A model generated the notes under the pieces. That model worked only from the letters and a program-made list of their open reading frames with translations. It did no database searches and was not told where the DNA came from. The translations under genes and the position numbers were made by a program. A stretch of 64,000 bases of DNA from Paenalcaligenes sp. (GTDB lineage: Bacteria; Pseudomonadota; Gammaproteobacteria; Burkholderiales; Burkholderiaceae_B). Shown piece by piece: positions 1-9,526 of the stretch; position 1 is the first letter of the stretch; each line of letters opens with the position of its first letter. The DNA lies in contig DATGSS010000099.1 in the NCBI GenBank assembly GCA_035302345.1, positions 3,332 to 67,331 of the forward strand. Direction: 5' to 3'.

Positions 1-1
1 G

Positions 2-628
2 CGCCTGGCCAAAGACATCGCCCCAGGTAGTTATGTCAATATCGGCATCGGTCTGCCTGTACTCGTTGCTAACTATCTGGATCCCAAAGACGAAATCATC
101 CTCCAAAGTGAAAATGGCATCTTGGGCATGGGCCCCAATGCGCCCGAGGGCGAAGAGGATTACGAGCTGATCAACGCTGGCAAAGAGCCCGTCACATTGC
201 TCACCGGTGGGGCCTATTTTGACCACGTTGATTCTTTTACCATCATGCGTGGAGGGCATTTAGATTTGACCGTGATGGGTGCCATGGAGGTCGCTGGAAA
301 TGGCGATTTAGCTAATTGGAATCTAGGCCGTACTGGCCAGCCCCCCGCCGTAGGTGGTGCCATGGATTTAGCTGTGGGCGCCAAGCAGGTGTTTATCCTG
401 ATGGAGCATACGACCCGAGATGGAAAGCCCAAGATTGTCAAAAACTGCTCGTTGCCACTGACTGGTCTGGGGGTCGTTAACCGCATTTACACCGATTTAG
501 CCGTACTCGAGGTCACCCCCGAGGGGCTGCGTGTACGTGAAATCAATCCTGGAGTCAGTTTTGAAGACCTACAAGCCCATACCGAGGCTGAATTACTGCC
601 CATAACAGCAGCTGATGTGGCTAATTGA
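2..628 (+). CDS. pcaJ: 3-oxoacid (3-oxoadipate-type) CoA-transferase subunit B, 5' end outside window
   Basis: Frame open from base 2 (RLAKDIAPGSYVNIGIGLP...QSENG). Has the SENG catalytic Glu motif and GGAMDL motif of family I CoA-transferase B subunits. Confidence 0.8.
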   Translation, partial: RLAKDIAPGSYVNIGIGLPVLVANYLDPKDEIILQSENGILGMGPNAPEGEEDYELINAGKEPVTLLTGGAYFDHVDSFTIMRGGHLDLTVMGAMEVAGNGDLANWNLGRTGQPPAVGGAMDLAVGAKQVFILMEHTTRDGKPKIVKNCSLPLTGLGVVNRIYTDLAVLEVTPEGLRVREINPGVSFEDLQAHTEAELLPITAADVAN

Positions 629-769
629 TTTTCAGCAGGTTAGTTTTTTGCAGCAAAATAGTGAAATAATGTTAAGACTCATGTGAGAATGCTTCCCGCT
701 CTAAAACAATGCGCTAATCTATAGCTTGGGATTAACGTAAATCATTGTTAGATAAAGAGGATCGACAAG

Positions 770-1327
770 ATGAATAAAAACCTTTTCCCCCTGCGCACAT
801 TGCTAATTACTATTGCCAGTGTGACTTTGGCTGCTTGTGCCTCGGCTCCAGAGCCTGTCACACCACAGACAGTGACTAAAGTTCAAGTTGTTGATGTCGA
901 AGAAACCATCGTACTTGAGTCTGATGCGCTTTTTAAATTTGACCGCGGTGACATCGAAGGCTTAACCGCCAGAGGCTTTGTTGAACTTGGCGAGTTGGTT
1001 GAAACCCTGGAAAACGATTTTGAAAGTGTTGAAGGTATCGAGCTTGTTGGTCATACCGACCGCTTAGGTTCTGATTCATACAACCTCACCCTATCTCAGC
1101 AGCGTGCTGAGACTGTCAAGCAATACCTACAAGAGCGCGGCATTCTTACGCCCATTACTGCCCGCGGTGTGGGCAAAGCACAGCCCGTGACCACAGACTG
1201 TCAAGGCGAGGTCGCCACACCTGAGCTCATCGCCTGTTTGCAACCCAACAGACGCGTCGTTATCAACGTCAATGGCACGCGTTTGGTGGCAGAAGAAGTT
1301 GAAATAGAAGTCGAAGTTGAAAACTAA
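770..1327 (+). CDS. OmpA-family peptidoglycan-binding lipoprotein
   Basis: Lipobox LAAC; GHTDRLGS...YNLTLSQQRA and NRRV OmpA-C motifs; Cys pair; AGAGG RBS. Confidence 0.9.
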   Translation: MNKNLFPLRTLLITIASVTLAACASAPEPVTPQTVTKVQVVDVEETIVLESDALFKFDRGDIEGLTARGFVELGELVETLENDFESVEGIELVGHTDRLGSDSYNLTLSQQRAETVKQYLQERGILTPITARGVGKAQPVTTDCQGEVATPELIACLQPNRRVVINVNGTRLVAEEVEIEVEVEN

Positions 1328-1413
1328 AGCATATACTCATAAGTATTTGTTTGTTGTCTTTGTTGGGGCTACATATAAAAATAGAGGTGTAACTTTCATT
1401 ACGTAGCTCTATT

Positions 1414-2376
1414 ATGACAAGCAAGTTTCAAGCTTTATTTTTTGCCGCTGTATTGCTCATCAGCAGTTTTGGGCTATCAGCGGCACCTTTGATCTCAGCC
1501 CAAGGACTGCATGAACGATTGAATGCACCTCAATCTTCTGAGGCTGCTCCTGTGGGGACACGAATCATTGATATCCGTAGCCCCGAGGACTATGCTGCAG
1601 GCCATATTCCGGGGGCAGTTTCAGCGCCCTATGCTCAATGGCGTGGCCCCGCCCATAATCCCGGCCAATTGGTTGAGCTAGCCCAGCTAACCCAGCTGGT
1701 GCGCGATCTGGGCATCGATCACGACACGCCGATTGTGGTGACATCTACGGGTGATGATGTGACTGATTTTGGGGCGGCTGCCCGTGTGTACTGGACTTTA
1801 AAGTATCTGGGGTTACAACACCTATCCATCCTGAATGGAGGCATGCAGGCATGGCAACAGGCAGATCTGGCACTCAGTAAAGACGCGCCCAACATCAGCT
1901 CTAGTCAGTTTTCTCCACAAATCAATGACGCCATCCTAGCGACACAACAAGACGTCGCCAATCAGGTTGGTAACAACCAAACGCTGCTCGTGGATGCGCG
2001 TCCTGATAATTTCTATGCAGGCCAGACCAAAGCACCTACCGCTAAAAAACCTGGCACGATTAAAAATGCGGTTAATTTCAGTCATGACCAGTGGTTTGAA
2101 CCCGGTACCACTTTGTTCGTATCGGCTGACAAAGCCAAAGAAATTGCCCAAGACCTATTACGCCAATCTCCCGCTGAGGTCATCTCATTTTGTAATACCG
2201 GTCATTGGGCTGCGACTGATTGGTTTGCCCTATCCGAAATGGTGGGACAACCCAACACCAAGCTTTACCCTGCTTCTTTAGCCGAGTGGAGCCAGACCGA
2301 TGATCTGCCCATGGACAACGTCCCCGGGCGTGGCCAACAAATAATTTATAAACTCAAAGCTCTTTTTGGTAGCTAA
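1414..2376 (+). CDS. Exported two-domain rhodanese/sulfurtransferase
   Basis: Sec signal peptide; IDIR...GHIPGA, LNGG and DAR motifs; active-site loop FCNTGHWAA; C-terminal YPASLAEW. Confidence 0.9.
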   Translation: MTSKFQALFFAAVLLISSFGLSAAPLISAQGLHERLNAPQSSEAAPVGTRIIDIRSPEDYAAGHIPGAVSAPYAQWRGPAHNPGQLVELAQLTQLVRDLGIDHDTPIVVTSTGDDVTDFGAAARVYWTLKYLGLQHLSILNGGMQAWQQADLALSKDAPNISSSQFSPQINDAILATQQDVANQVGNNQTLLVDARPDNFYAGQTKAPTAKKPGTIKNAVNFSHDQWFEPGTTLFVSADKAKEIAQDLLRQSPAEVISFCNTGHWAATDWFALSEMVGQPNTKLYPASLAEWSQTDDLPMDNVPGRGQQIIYKLKALFGS

Positions 2377-2394
2377 TCCTGACCCTATCGCATA

Positions 2395-3480
2395 ATGAAT
2401 CGTCGTCTACTTAGTATTTTTATCCTGGTTTTGTTTGTTTTGTTGCTGTGGTTTGTCTCTGTCCGACAATCCCTGTTGTTTCTGCTGGGCATCGGCATGG
2501 GCGCGGTGCTGGCGGGCGCACGTTTTGGCTTTACCACGGGCTGGCGGCGCTTGATCGAAGATCGTGATGGCAGCGGGGTCATGGCACAATTAGTGCTGTT
2601 ATTTTTAGCGGCCCTGATCTCTATCCCGTTATTGGCCGCCTATCCTGGCGAGCTCAGCGCTGCGCTAGGTCCGCCTAGCTACAGCCTGCTGTTTGGCGCC
2701 TTTATTTTTGGGGCCTGCATGCAGGTCGCTGATGGCTGTGGTTCAGGTACGCTGTACAAGGCTGGCCTAGGCATCCCTTTGAATATGGTGATTCTGCCCA
2801 TGTTTGCCCTGGGTAGCTTTTTAGGGGCAGCTCAGTTAGACCATTGGTTGGCCCTGGGCAGTATGCAACCAGTTAGTCTGGTGGATTCTTATGGGCCTTG
2901 GCGCGCATTGCTATTTACAGCACTGGGTTTGCTGGTTTTTGGGCTGGCGGCACGTTTATGGGCCGGCCGCTCGGCCCCCTGGTTTAATCGCAAACTGCTG
3001 ATCGGCGCCATTTTGCTGGCTATTTTGGCAGTCTTAAACCTCATTATCGCAGGCACCCCATGGGGCATTGTCTATGGTTTTGGTTTGTGGGCCGCTAAAA
3101 TTGCCCAGGCCTCGGGCGCGTTTGACCCCACTGCCAATGCTTTTTGGAGTCAGCCCGTCCACCAAGAGGCGTTAGCAAACACTGTCTTTATGGATGTCAC
3201 CTCGATTACCAACATCGGCATCTTGGCGGGTGCTCTGTGGATTGCCTCAAAACCCACCAAAGGCGGCAGCGATGCACAGCCACTCAGTGCCAAACAATGG
3301 CTGATTGGGATTATTGCTGGATTTTTGTTGGGCTATAGCTCGCGCTTGGCTTTCGGATGCAATATCGGTGCCATGCTCAGTGGGATCTCGACCGGTAGTT
3401 TGCACGGCTGGATCTGGGTCCCTGTTGCGTTCTGCGGCTCGCTGATTGGGGTTCGCATCCGTCGTCACTTTCGTTTTTAA
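2395..3480 (+). CDS. YeeE/YedE (TsuA-like) sulfur-compound transporter
   Basis: Multi-TM; GCGSG and GCNIG motifs; starts 18 bp after the rhodanese gene. Confidence 0.9.
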   Translation: MNRRLLSIFILVLFVLLLWFVSVRQSLLFLLGIGMGAVLAGARFGFTTGWRRLIEDRDGSGVMAQLVLLFLAALISIPLLAAYPGELSAALGPPSYSLLFGAFIFGACMQVADGCGSGTLYKAGLGIPLNMVILPMFALGSFLGAAQLDHWLALGSMQPVSLVDSYGPWRALLFTALGLLVFGLAARLWAGRSAPWFNRKLLIGAILLAILAVLNLIIAGTPWGIVYGFGLWAAKIAQASGAFDPTANAFWSQPVHQEALANTVFMDVTSITNIGILAGALWIASKPTKGGSDAQPLSAKQWLIGIIAGFLLGYSSRLAFGCNIGAMLSGISTGSLHGWIWVPVAFCGSLIGVRIRRHFRF

Positions 3481-3492
3481 GTAGGCATCACC

Positions 3493-3654
3493 ATGAACCA
3501 ACGTTTATTGCTTATTGTTTTTTGGGTCGTGTTGCTTGGCTACTTTGGATGGGACTGGGCCTATAGCGACCCAGTCAACACCTTTGAAGAGCCGCCGATC
3601 CTGGCGATCGGCTCTGGACAGGCCCCCTCGGGTGGGCATTGCTCTAATTTTTAA
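3493..3654 (+). CDS. 53-aa single-TM small protein with Cys-containing tail (not in ORF track)
   Basis: Hand-translated: MNQRLLLIVFWVVLLGYFGWDWAYSDPVNTFEEPPILAIGSGQAPSGGHCSNF*. ATG is 12 bp after the yeeE stop with AGG upstream; fills the gap before the convergent gene. Confidence 0.7.
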   Translation: MNQRLLLIVFWVVLLGYFGWDWAYSDPVNTFEEPPILAIGSGQAPSGGHCSNF

Positions 3655-3694
3655 TAGCCCACCACCTACTGTCATTAAATCGGCGTGGCTGCGA

Positions 3695-4786
3695 TTAATA
3701 AAACTGTGCCGTTACATTAGGGGGCGTGGTGAGCAGACTGGCCATGGGGCACACCACAAAGCTACGCGATTTTAGCTGCGCCTGCAGATCTAAAAACACA
3801 TAGCTCATCCCGCCACTACCCCGCAAATATAAACGACGCCGATCAATATCACTGATGGTGGTCCAGCTGGTGAATTCGGTCGGCACCTGTTCACTGGTCG
3901 TGCCTGCTACCTGCAAATGCGCACTGCCAGATTCCGGTGGATCAATAGCTATGCCCCGCGGTCTATCAAAATTATTCATAATATGCGCGACCATTTGCAC
4001 TGCCTGGTCGGCATCAGCCAGCTTTTCTGCAAAATGCGCATAATACACAGCACGTATAAACCGATCTGGCGATGTATCACTGGCTGGCAGACCTGCTTTA
4101 GCAATACCCGCGCCCGGCTGCACGGCCTGATACTGCATAAACTGGGCATGTGAGTGATCTACATTGCTCAAAAAGGTGTAGTTGTTTAGATTGGTCAGAT
4201 GCCATGAAAACTGCGGGGCATTGGTCAATACCCCAACTGGATTGTCATAAACGGTACGCACCCCTTTATGAAACTCGATGACCATGCTCTGGCCATGAGC
4301 ATCATGCAATGCATAATGAAATGGGGTCTCTAAACCGCCCAATATAGCCAGCGGCTCGACCGCTACCTGCAAATGCTCTAACGCTGCCTTGGCCTCGATC
4401 ACTGTACCGCACTGACCCAATAAATATGTCCCCAAATCAGTCGCCGACAACGCAGCCTGGGATGAATCCAGATCAGGCTGTGGGCCACCCGCTGGACCAT
4501 AAGACTGCACACTAAAACACAGCCCTGCCTCGTTCATTCCCTCGATAACCTTTAGATCGGCTTGGTCCGGCCGAGCACCAGGCTGCGGTACGCTGGTGGG
4601 CATAGTTATGGCCAACACCGTATAACGCGTCGTCCACTGCAAAGCAGGAAACCCCTCGACCTGGGACTCGTATTTACTGTCCTTGGGAAAACGAGCCACC
4701 AAATAAGGTAGCTCGAGACTTAGCTCTAGAGTACGGCCTACATAAGGACGATTATTAGCATCCATATAAAGCAGCGAAGTACACAT
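3695..4786 (-). CDS. Choloylglycine hydrolase / penicillin V acylase family Ntn-hydrolase (C59)
   Basis: N-terminal M-C-T nucleophile; GRTLE, GMNEAGL, LTNAP and RFIRA motifs; no signal peptide. Confidence 0.9.
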   Translation of the reverse strand: MCTSLLYMDANNRPYVGRTLELSLELPYLVARFPKDSKYESQVEGFPALQWTTRYTVLAITMPTSVPQPGARPDQADLKVIEGMNEAGLCFSVQSYGPAGGPQPDLDSSQAALSATDLGTYLLGQCGTVIEAKAALEHLQVAVEPLAILGGLETPFHYALHDAHGQSMVIEFHKGVRTVYDNPVGVLTNAPQFSWHLTNLNNYTFLSNVDHSHAQFMQYQAVQPGAGIAKAGLPASDTSPDRFIRAVYYAHFAEKLADADQAVQMVAHIMNNFDRPRGIAIDPPESGSAHLQVAGTTSEQVPTEFTSWTTISDIDRRRLYLRGSGGMSYVFLDLQAQLKSRSFVVCPMASLLTTPPNVTAQFY

Positions 4787-4807
4787 TATTTAATTCATCC
4801 TTTGTGA

Positions 4808-5266
4808 TTAGCTGGGGTGACGTTTTTTCAATAAATATTTGTGAAAGCCATCCATCACCAATTCCTGACGTTGATTCTCGACATAGGTTTTAAATACCAA
4901 CACCCCTGTCGTGTTGCCGGGTATGAGCTCGGCGATCTCTAAACGCGGATACACCGTATCACCGGCGACAACGGGCTTGAGAAAGCGGCTGCCCTGCTCT
5001 AAAAATGCAATCAAAGACTCATTCACCATATGCGGGAATAGCCCCGCCCCAGCCGCGGTCTGAATCACCACCTGAAACCCATGCGCCAACATATGATCAA
5101 AACCTTTTTGACGACAATATTCTACATCATAATGGATAGGATGATTATCACCACTGGCTAACTGAAATGCCGCAAATAATGCCTCGGTCATTGTTCGTGA
5201 TGGCAGTGTAAACACCTCGCCGATCTTAAAATCCTCGAAATAACGCTGTTCTTTTTGGCTGAGCAT
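4808..5266 (-). CDS. MaoC-family (hot-dog) dehydratase
   Basis: YFEDF, SGDNHPIH (D-x4-H), AHG and FLKPVVAGDT motifs. Confidence 0.9.
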   Translation of the reverse strand: MLSQKEQRYFEDFKIGEVFTLPSRTMTEALFAAFQLASGDNHPIHYDVEYCRQKGFDHMLAHGFQVVIQTAAGAGLFPHMVNESLIAFLEQGSRFLKPVVAGDTVYPRLEIAELIPGNTTGVLVFKTYVENQRQELVMDGFHKYLLKKRHPS

Positions 5267-5625
5267 ACTTGTCCTTATTCACTAAAGACCAACAGAGAGC
5301 AAGACTATGATGATCAAAAAATAAAAATCTTAATTTATTGACTGCGTCGTTCGGTTATTTGGAGTTTTATTCCATTCACGCTTAAAAACACACCGACGCG
5401 ACATTGTAAAACTATTGTCTGATCAATACTAAAGGTCTTGATTACTAATAGCCATATGGAATTAACCCTGAGCACGATAAGTAACAAGCGTTCATCTGGT
5501 GTGCATAAAGCGATACCTATAGTTCCAGTTTTTCTAGGGTGGCTATAAAATACACCCATTCTAAGTTTAATCTCTTGGTTTTAAAGTTATTACATCAAAA
5601 GCAACATATCGTTGGAGGAACACCC

Positions 5626-6600
5626 GTGATCAAAAAAATAGGTTTAGGATTAGTCATGGTCGGAGCGGCCCTATTGGCACCTGCGCAGGCAGCAGCCTTA
5701 GACGATTGGCCCGATCGGAACATTACTGTGGTTGTCCCCTATCCTCCTGGTGGATCAGCCGACATCATGGGTCGTTTGGTAGCCAAAGTCATCACAGATG
5801 CCACAGGCACCACAGCTATTGTGGAAAACATCTCGGGCGGTGCGACGATACCCGGAGCCCGTGCAGTGCTGCGTGAGCCCAGCGATGGTCACACCTTTTT
5901 CATGGCCAGTGATAACACCCTGAATGTTAACCATCACCTCTTTGAAGAGCTGCCTTATGCTGAGGACGACTTTGTCCCTGTCACCGTGCTCAACAACTAC
6001 CCTCACTGGTTAATTGTGAAAAATGACGACCGCTTTGCGGATTTTGAGGCCTTTAAACAATACATCGTCGATCATCCCGGCGAGGTGTCCATCAGTATTA
6101 ATACTATTGGCGGTGCTGCTCACCTAGCTTTGGAAAAATGGCGCCAGGAAAATGATTTCGATTTTGAAATTATCCCCTACCGAGGCTCTCCACCAGCAGT
6201 CCAAGACCTGATTGCCGGTGTGACAGACGCGCATATTGACGTTGCCGGTTCATCCATTTCGCACGCCCGCAACGAGGCGGTGAACCCACTCGCCGTGTTG
6301 CAGGACACACCGTTAGATGAATTTCCCGATGCTGCTACCCAGAGCTTTGATAATGAGAAAGACTTTGTCATCCGGTCAAACTTGTCCATAGTGGCTAAAA
6401 AGGGCACCCCAGACGAAATCCTGGCAAAGGTCTATGAAATCGTCAAAGAAGGCGCCACTACCGAGGAATTTATCAATACCTTGAATACGCTGGCCTATGA
6501 GGCAGTTCTAATGGAGCCCGCAGAGGCCAACGAGTTTATCCAAAGCGAAACCGAACGTTACCGCGATCTGGTCGAGCTCTCTGGATTAGAAAAGCAATAA
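5626..6600 (+). CDS. Bug/TctC tripartite tricarboxylate transporter substrate-binding protein
   Basis: Start moved to the GTG after a GGAGG RBS; signal peptide; VVPYPPGGSAD, VEN and IPYRGS motifs. Confidence 0.9.
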   Translation: MIKKIGLGLVMVGAALLAPAQAAALDDWPDRNITVVVPYPPGGSADIMGRLVAKVITDATGTTAIVENISGGATIPGARAVLREPSDGHTFFMASDNTLNVNHHLFEELPYAEDDFVPVTVLNNYPHWLIVKNDDRFADFEAFKQYIVDHPGEVSISINTIGGAAHLALEKWRQENDFDFEIIPYRGSPPAVQDLIAGVTDAHIDVAGSSISHARNEAVNPLAVLQDTPLDEFPDAATQSFDNEKDFVIRSNLSIVAKKGTPDEILAKVYEIVKEGATTEEFINTLNTLAYEAVLMEPAEANEFIQSETERYRDLVELSGLEKQ

Positions 6601-6632
6601 AAATAACAAGAACAACATTCTTCTCTCCAGTT

Positions 6633-6660
6633 GCCCAGCCAAGCGCTGGGCTTTTTTTTT
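6633..6660 (+). terminator. Rho-independent terminator after bug gene
   Basis: GCCCAGC-loop-GCTGGGC followed by T9. Confidence 0.85.
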
Positions 6661-6767
6661 GCTAATATATAACGAGACATCAAAAAACGACTCTTGTCGG
6701 CCAGCGCACATGGCCTGCACAAAACGTGCAACCCTATCTTCCCCTCTGCCTGGATACGCCTCATTTT

Positions 6768-7925
6768 ATGGAACTGCACCGCCGCCTGCTTTTTTTGCTG
6801 ACCCCACCCATCATCACCCTCATTGGTCATTTATATGTTGCTCAACGCTTGAGCTCAGCTTGGTCCAATCCATTTTGGAAGATCACTTGTTTGGTCAGCC
6901 TACTTTTGATGTACGCCGGTATTACCGCTGGTTTTTTAATCCGCCATGATCAAAGCACTCCATTAAAAGATCGAATCTCGTGGATTGCTTTTACTCTTTT
7001 GGGTCTATTTTCTTGGCTATTTGTTCTGACTTTGCTGCGAGATGTGACGCTGTTGGGCTTTGGGGTGACTGATTTCTGGTCGCGCTTTGGACCTGAGGCA
7101 GGTCTCCTGTTTAAGCGCTATAGCGTCTTTGTCATTATTGCTGTTAGCCTCATTGCCACTGTGATCGGTTTTTTTAATGCCCGAAGCACACCCCATGTGG
7201 TCGAGATTGAAATCAATATTCCCGACCTGCCCCCTGAGCTTAAGGGCTTTAGTCTGACCCAGATTACTGACTTGCATGTCGGGCCCACTATCAAAAAAGA
7301 TTTTGTGCAACGTGTAGTTGATACTGCCAATGGCCTCAATAGCGATGTCATCGTATTGACGGGTGATTTGATTGATGGCGATGTCGCAGGGTTGCGGCCA
7401 CATACAAACTTATTAGCGGATCTTGATGCGCCTCTGGGTGTTTATGCGGTAACGGGCAACCATGAATACTATTCAGGGGCACCGCGGTGGATTGCAGAGT
7501 ACGAAAGATTAGGGATGCATGTACTGCAAAATGAGCACGTGGTGCTGCCCTATCAACAAGGACAGCTACTACTGGCTGGAGTGAATGATTATGATGCAGG
7601 TCGTTTTGATAGCAGTTGGGCAACCGATCCCCATGCCGCCATCAAAGATGCTCCAGATGATGTAGGGGCCAAAATACTGTTGGCGCATCAACCACGCAGT
7701 ATGCAAGAGGCCGCCCAAGCAGGCTTTGATTTGCAACTTTCAGGGCATACGCATGGTGGGCAGTTTTGGCCATGGGGGTACTTTGTGCGTTTACAGCAAC
7801 CCTTTGTCGCAGGACTAGACCGCTATAAAGATCTACAGGTCTACACCAGCCAAGGGACTGGATATTGGGGCCCACCCATGCGGGTGGGCGCGCGCTCAGA
7901 AATTACGCGTATCCGCCTTAAATAA
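6768..7925 (+). CDS. Membrane-anchored metallophosphoesterase (YkuE/YaeI-like)
   Basis: Four N-terminal TMs; DLH, GDLID, GNHE, LAH and GHTH motifs. Start taken at ATG 6768. Confidence 0.9.
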   Translation: MELHRRLLFLLTPPIITLIGHLYVAQRLSSAWSNPFWKITCLVSLLLMYAGITAGFLIRHDQSTPLKDRISWIAFTLLGLFSWLFVLTLLRDVTLLGFGVTDFWSRFGPEAGLLFKRYSVFVIIAVSLIATVIGFFNARSTPHVVEIEINIPDLPPELKGFSLTQITDLHVGPTIKKDFVQRVVDTANGLNSDVIVLTGDLIDGDVAGLRPHTNLLADLDAPLGVYAVTGNHEYYSGAPRWIAEYERLGMHVLQNEHVVLPYQQGQLLLAGVNDYDAGRFDSSWATDPHAAIKDAPDDVGAKILLAHQPRSMQEAAQAGFDLQLSGHTHGGQFWPWGYFVRLQQPFVAGLDRYKDLQVYTSQGTGYWGPPMRVGARSEITRIRLK

Positions 7926-7943
7926 ATGACCGGATACTTGGTT

Positions 7944-8720
7944 TTATTTGAGCCAATTATTTTTAGCTTGGTCCAAATCGCCGCGCGTGTCCATTAGATC
8001 CCATGCAAAACGCATGACACGTGTAAAATCGGCGTCATCAGTAGGTAATAAAAAACCTAATTCGTCTTGGGGGGTTAGCGGGTCATCTATGAATAAGGCA
8101 GCCAGGCGATCATCCTCATTGGCATAGTGCAAGGCCTCAAAGGTTTCAGTGATCATGATATCGCCCTTGCCTTCGGCAATCAGTCCAGGAATTTCGGCAT
8201 TATGCTCATGGGTAGAAACTTTGGCATCAGTGAGGTGCTCGAGCACAAATTGTTCATTGGTCCCGCCGGGGTTTTTGATTACATGCACCTCGGGCTGATT
8301 TAAATCCTCTAGGCTTTTGTATTTATCGACCTCGGATTTACGGGCCAAAGCGACCTTGCCAAAAGGGGCGTAGCCCGGCAGCATGTCGACCTGTCCCAAA
8401 CGAGTAGCATTACGGGTAATGCCACCCACGGCCACATCAAACTTATCGGCTTGTAGGTCATCCAGTAGATCAGGCCAACTGGTAGGTACATATTCGATCG
8501 TCAGGTTGAGCACATCGGCCATGGCGGTGATGACATCGATATCATGACCCTCGTAGTCCCCATCCTCGGTCTTGATGGCAAAAGGTCGATAGTCACCGGG
8601 CGTACCTACACGGATGACCTGCTCTTCCATGATTTGGTCTAAACGAGGGCCCGCATGCGTCGCAGTCGCTATTCCGAATGATACCGCCAGCCCGGTTAAT
8701 AAACCCACAGTTTTCCTCAT
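7944..8720 (-). CDS. Family-3 solute-binding protein / cyclohexadienyl dehydratase (PheC)-like
   Basis: Signal peptide; VGTPGDYRPF, TSWP, GGIT and NPGGTNE motifs. Confidence 0.8.
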   Translation of the reverse strand: MRKTVGLLTGLAVSFGIATATHAGPRLDQIMEEQVIRVGTPGDYRPFAIKTEDGDYEGHDIDVITAMADVLNLTIEYVPTSWPDLLDDLQADKFDVAVGGITRNATRLGQVDMLPGYAPFGKVALARKSEVDKYKSLEDLNQPEVHVIKNPGGTNEQFVLEHLTDAKVSTHEHNAEIPGLIAEGKGDIMITETFEALHYANEDDRLAALFIDDPLTPQDELGFLLPTDDADFTRVMRFAWDLMDTRGDLDQAKNNWLK

Positions 8721-8747
8721 GGAAATGTCTCCTAAAATTGATTTTTA

Positions 8748-9323
8748 TCAGGGTTTCTTTGTGTGCTTTTGCGCAATCAAAGTTGCAAATTGTAGTCTTG
8801 CGCCATTATGCATGGTACCGAGGTCTTCATTATATTTGATGATGTCCCAACCTTGGTAAGCCTCTTTGAGCTGCCCCTCTTTAAAGGTAAAAGGAAAGCG
8901 GACAGGACAAGGATTTTCTGCAGTATCCATAGCGCAGACGATGACATTATAGCCACCTTCACGCGTGCGCTCTTGCATATTGGCCAAAACCGGCCCAACT
9001 GTGGCTGAATCAAGAAACATCAAGGTCACAGTACAACCAATAAAATCGTAATCTTCGGTCAGGTTGGCATCCTGTATGTCATAGACTTGGGCATTGAGAT
9101 TACTTAGGTTTTCTTGGGCAATAATTTCGCGCAGCATTTGAATGCCATTAGGATTATTGTCGACGGCAGTGACCTCAAAACCCTGCTGTGCTAAATACAA
9201 GGCATTGCGCCCATTCGAGCAACCCATTTCTAATGCTTTACCCACCGGGGCCAAGCCAACAGTCGCTACAATTTCACTATGTGCAGGATTTAATCCATAC
9301 TTTTGATTCAAGTTTTCAGGCAT
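8748..9323 (-). CDS. tehB: Tellurite-resistance methyltransferase TehB (methyltransferase domain only)
   Basis: KYGL..AHSE, GCSNGRNALYL, TVTLMFL, GGYN, FPFTF and KYNED motifs. Confidence 0.85.
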   Translation of the reverse strand: MPENLNQKYGLNPAHSEIVATVGLAPVGKALEMGCSNGRNALYLAQQGFEVTAVDNNPNGIQMLREIIAQENLSNLNAQVYDIQDANLTEDYDFIGCTVTLMFLDSATVGPVLANMQERTREGGYNVIVCAMDTAENPCPVRFPFTFKEGQLKEAYQGWDIIKYNEDLGTMHNGARLQFATLIAQKHTKKP

Positions 9324-9526
9324 CAGATGCTCCTATTGACCAGTCTGTCGATACAGCGCCATATGGGCGCCCGCTTAATCTTTTGGCAGTTTAAATCACC
9401 CCTCCTTATCCGCACCCGATTCCCATGTAATGATTGAGACAACTTTCTGTCGTTACTGTTTGCAAATTGGTCTCCTAGGCGGCTGCAATTTCTATTAATT
9501 ACTGCTATAGTTTGCTCTTTTAAGGA

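Noticed and set aside
3515-3775. 86-aa + strand ORF from the track
   Set aside because: No RBS, overlaps the convergent hydrolase, and the 3493-3654 frame is a better candidate.
5335-5625. 74-aa minus-strand ORF and upstream extension of the Bug protein
   Set aside because: AT-rich divergent promoter region; the GGAGG RBS supports the GTG 5626 start.
9324-9400. GCGCC-CATAT-GGCGC hairpin upstream of tehB as a riboswitch
   Set aside because: Single short stem with no SAM, SAH or fluoride riboswitch consensus.
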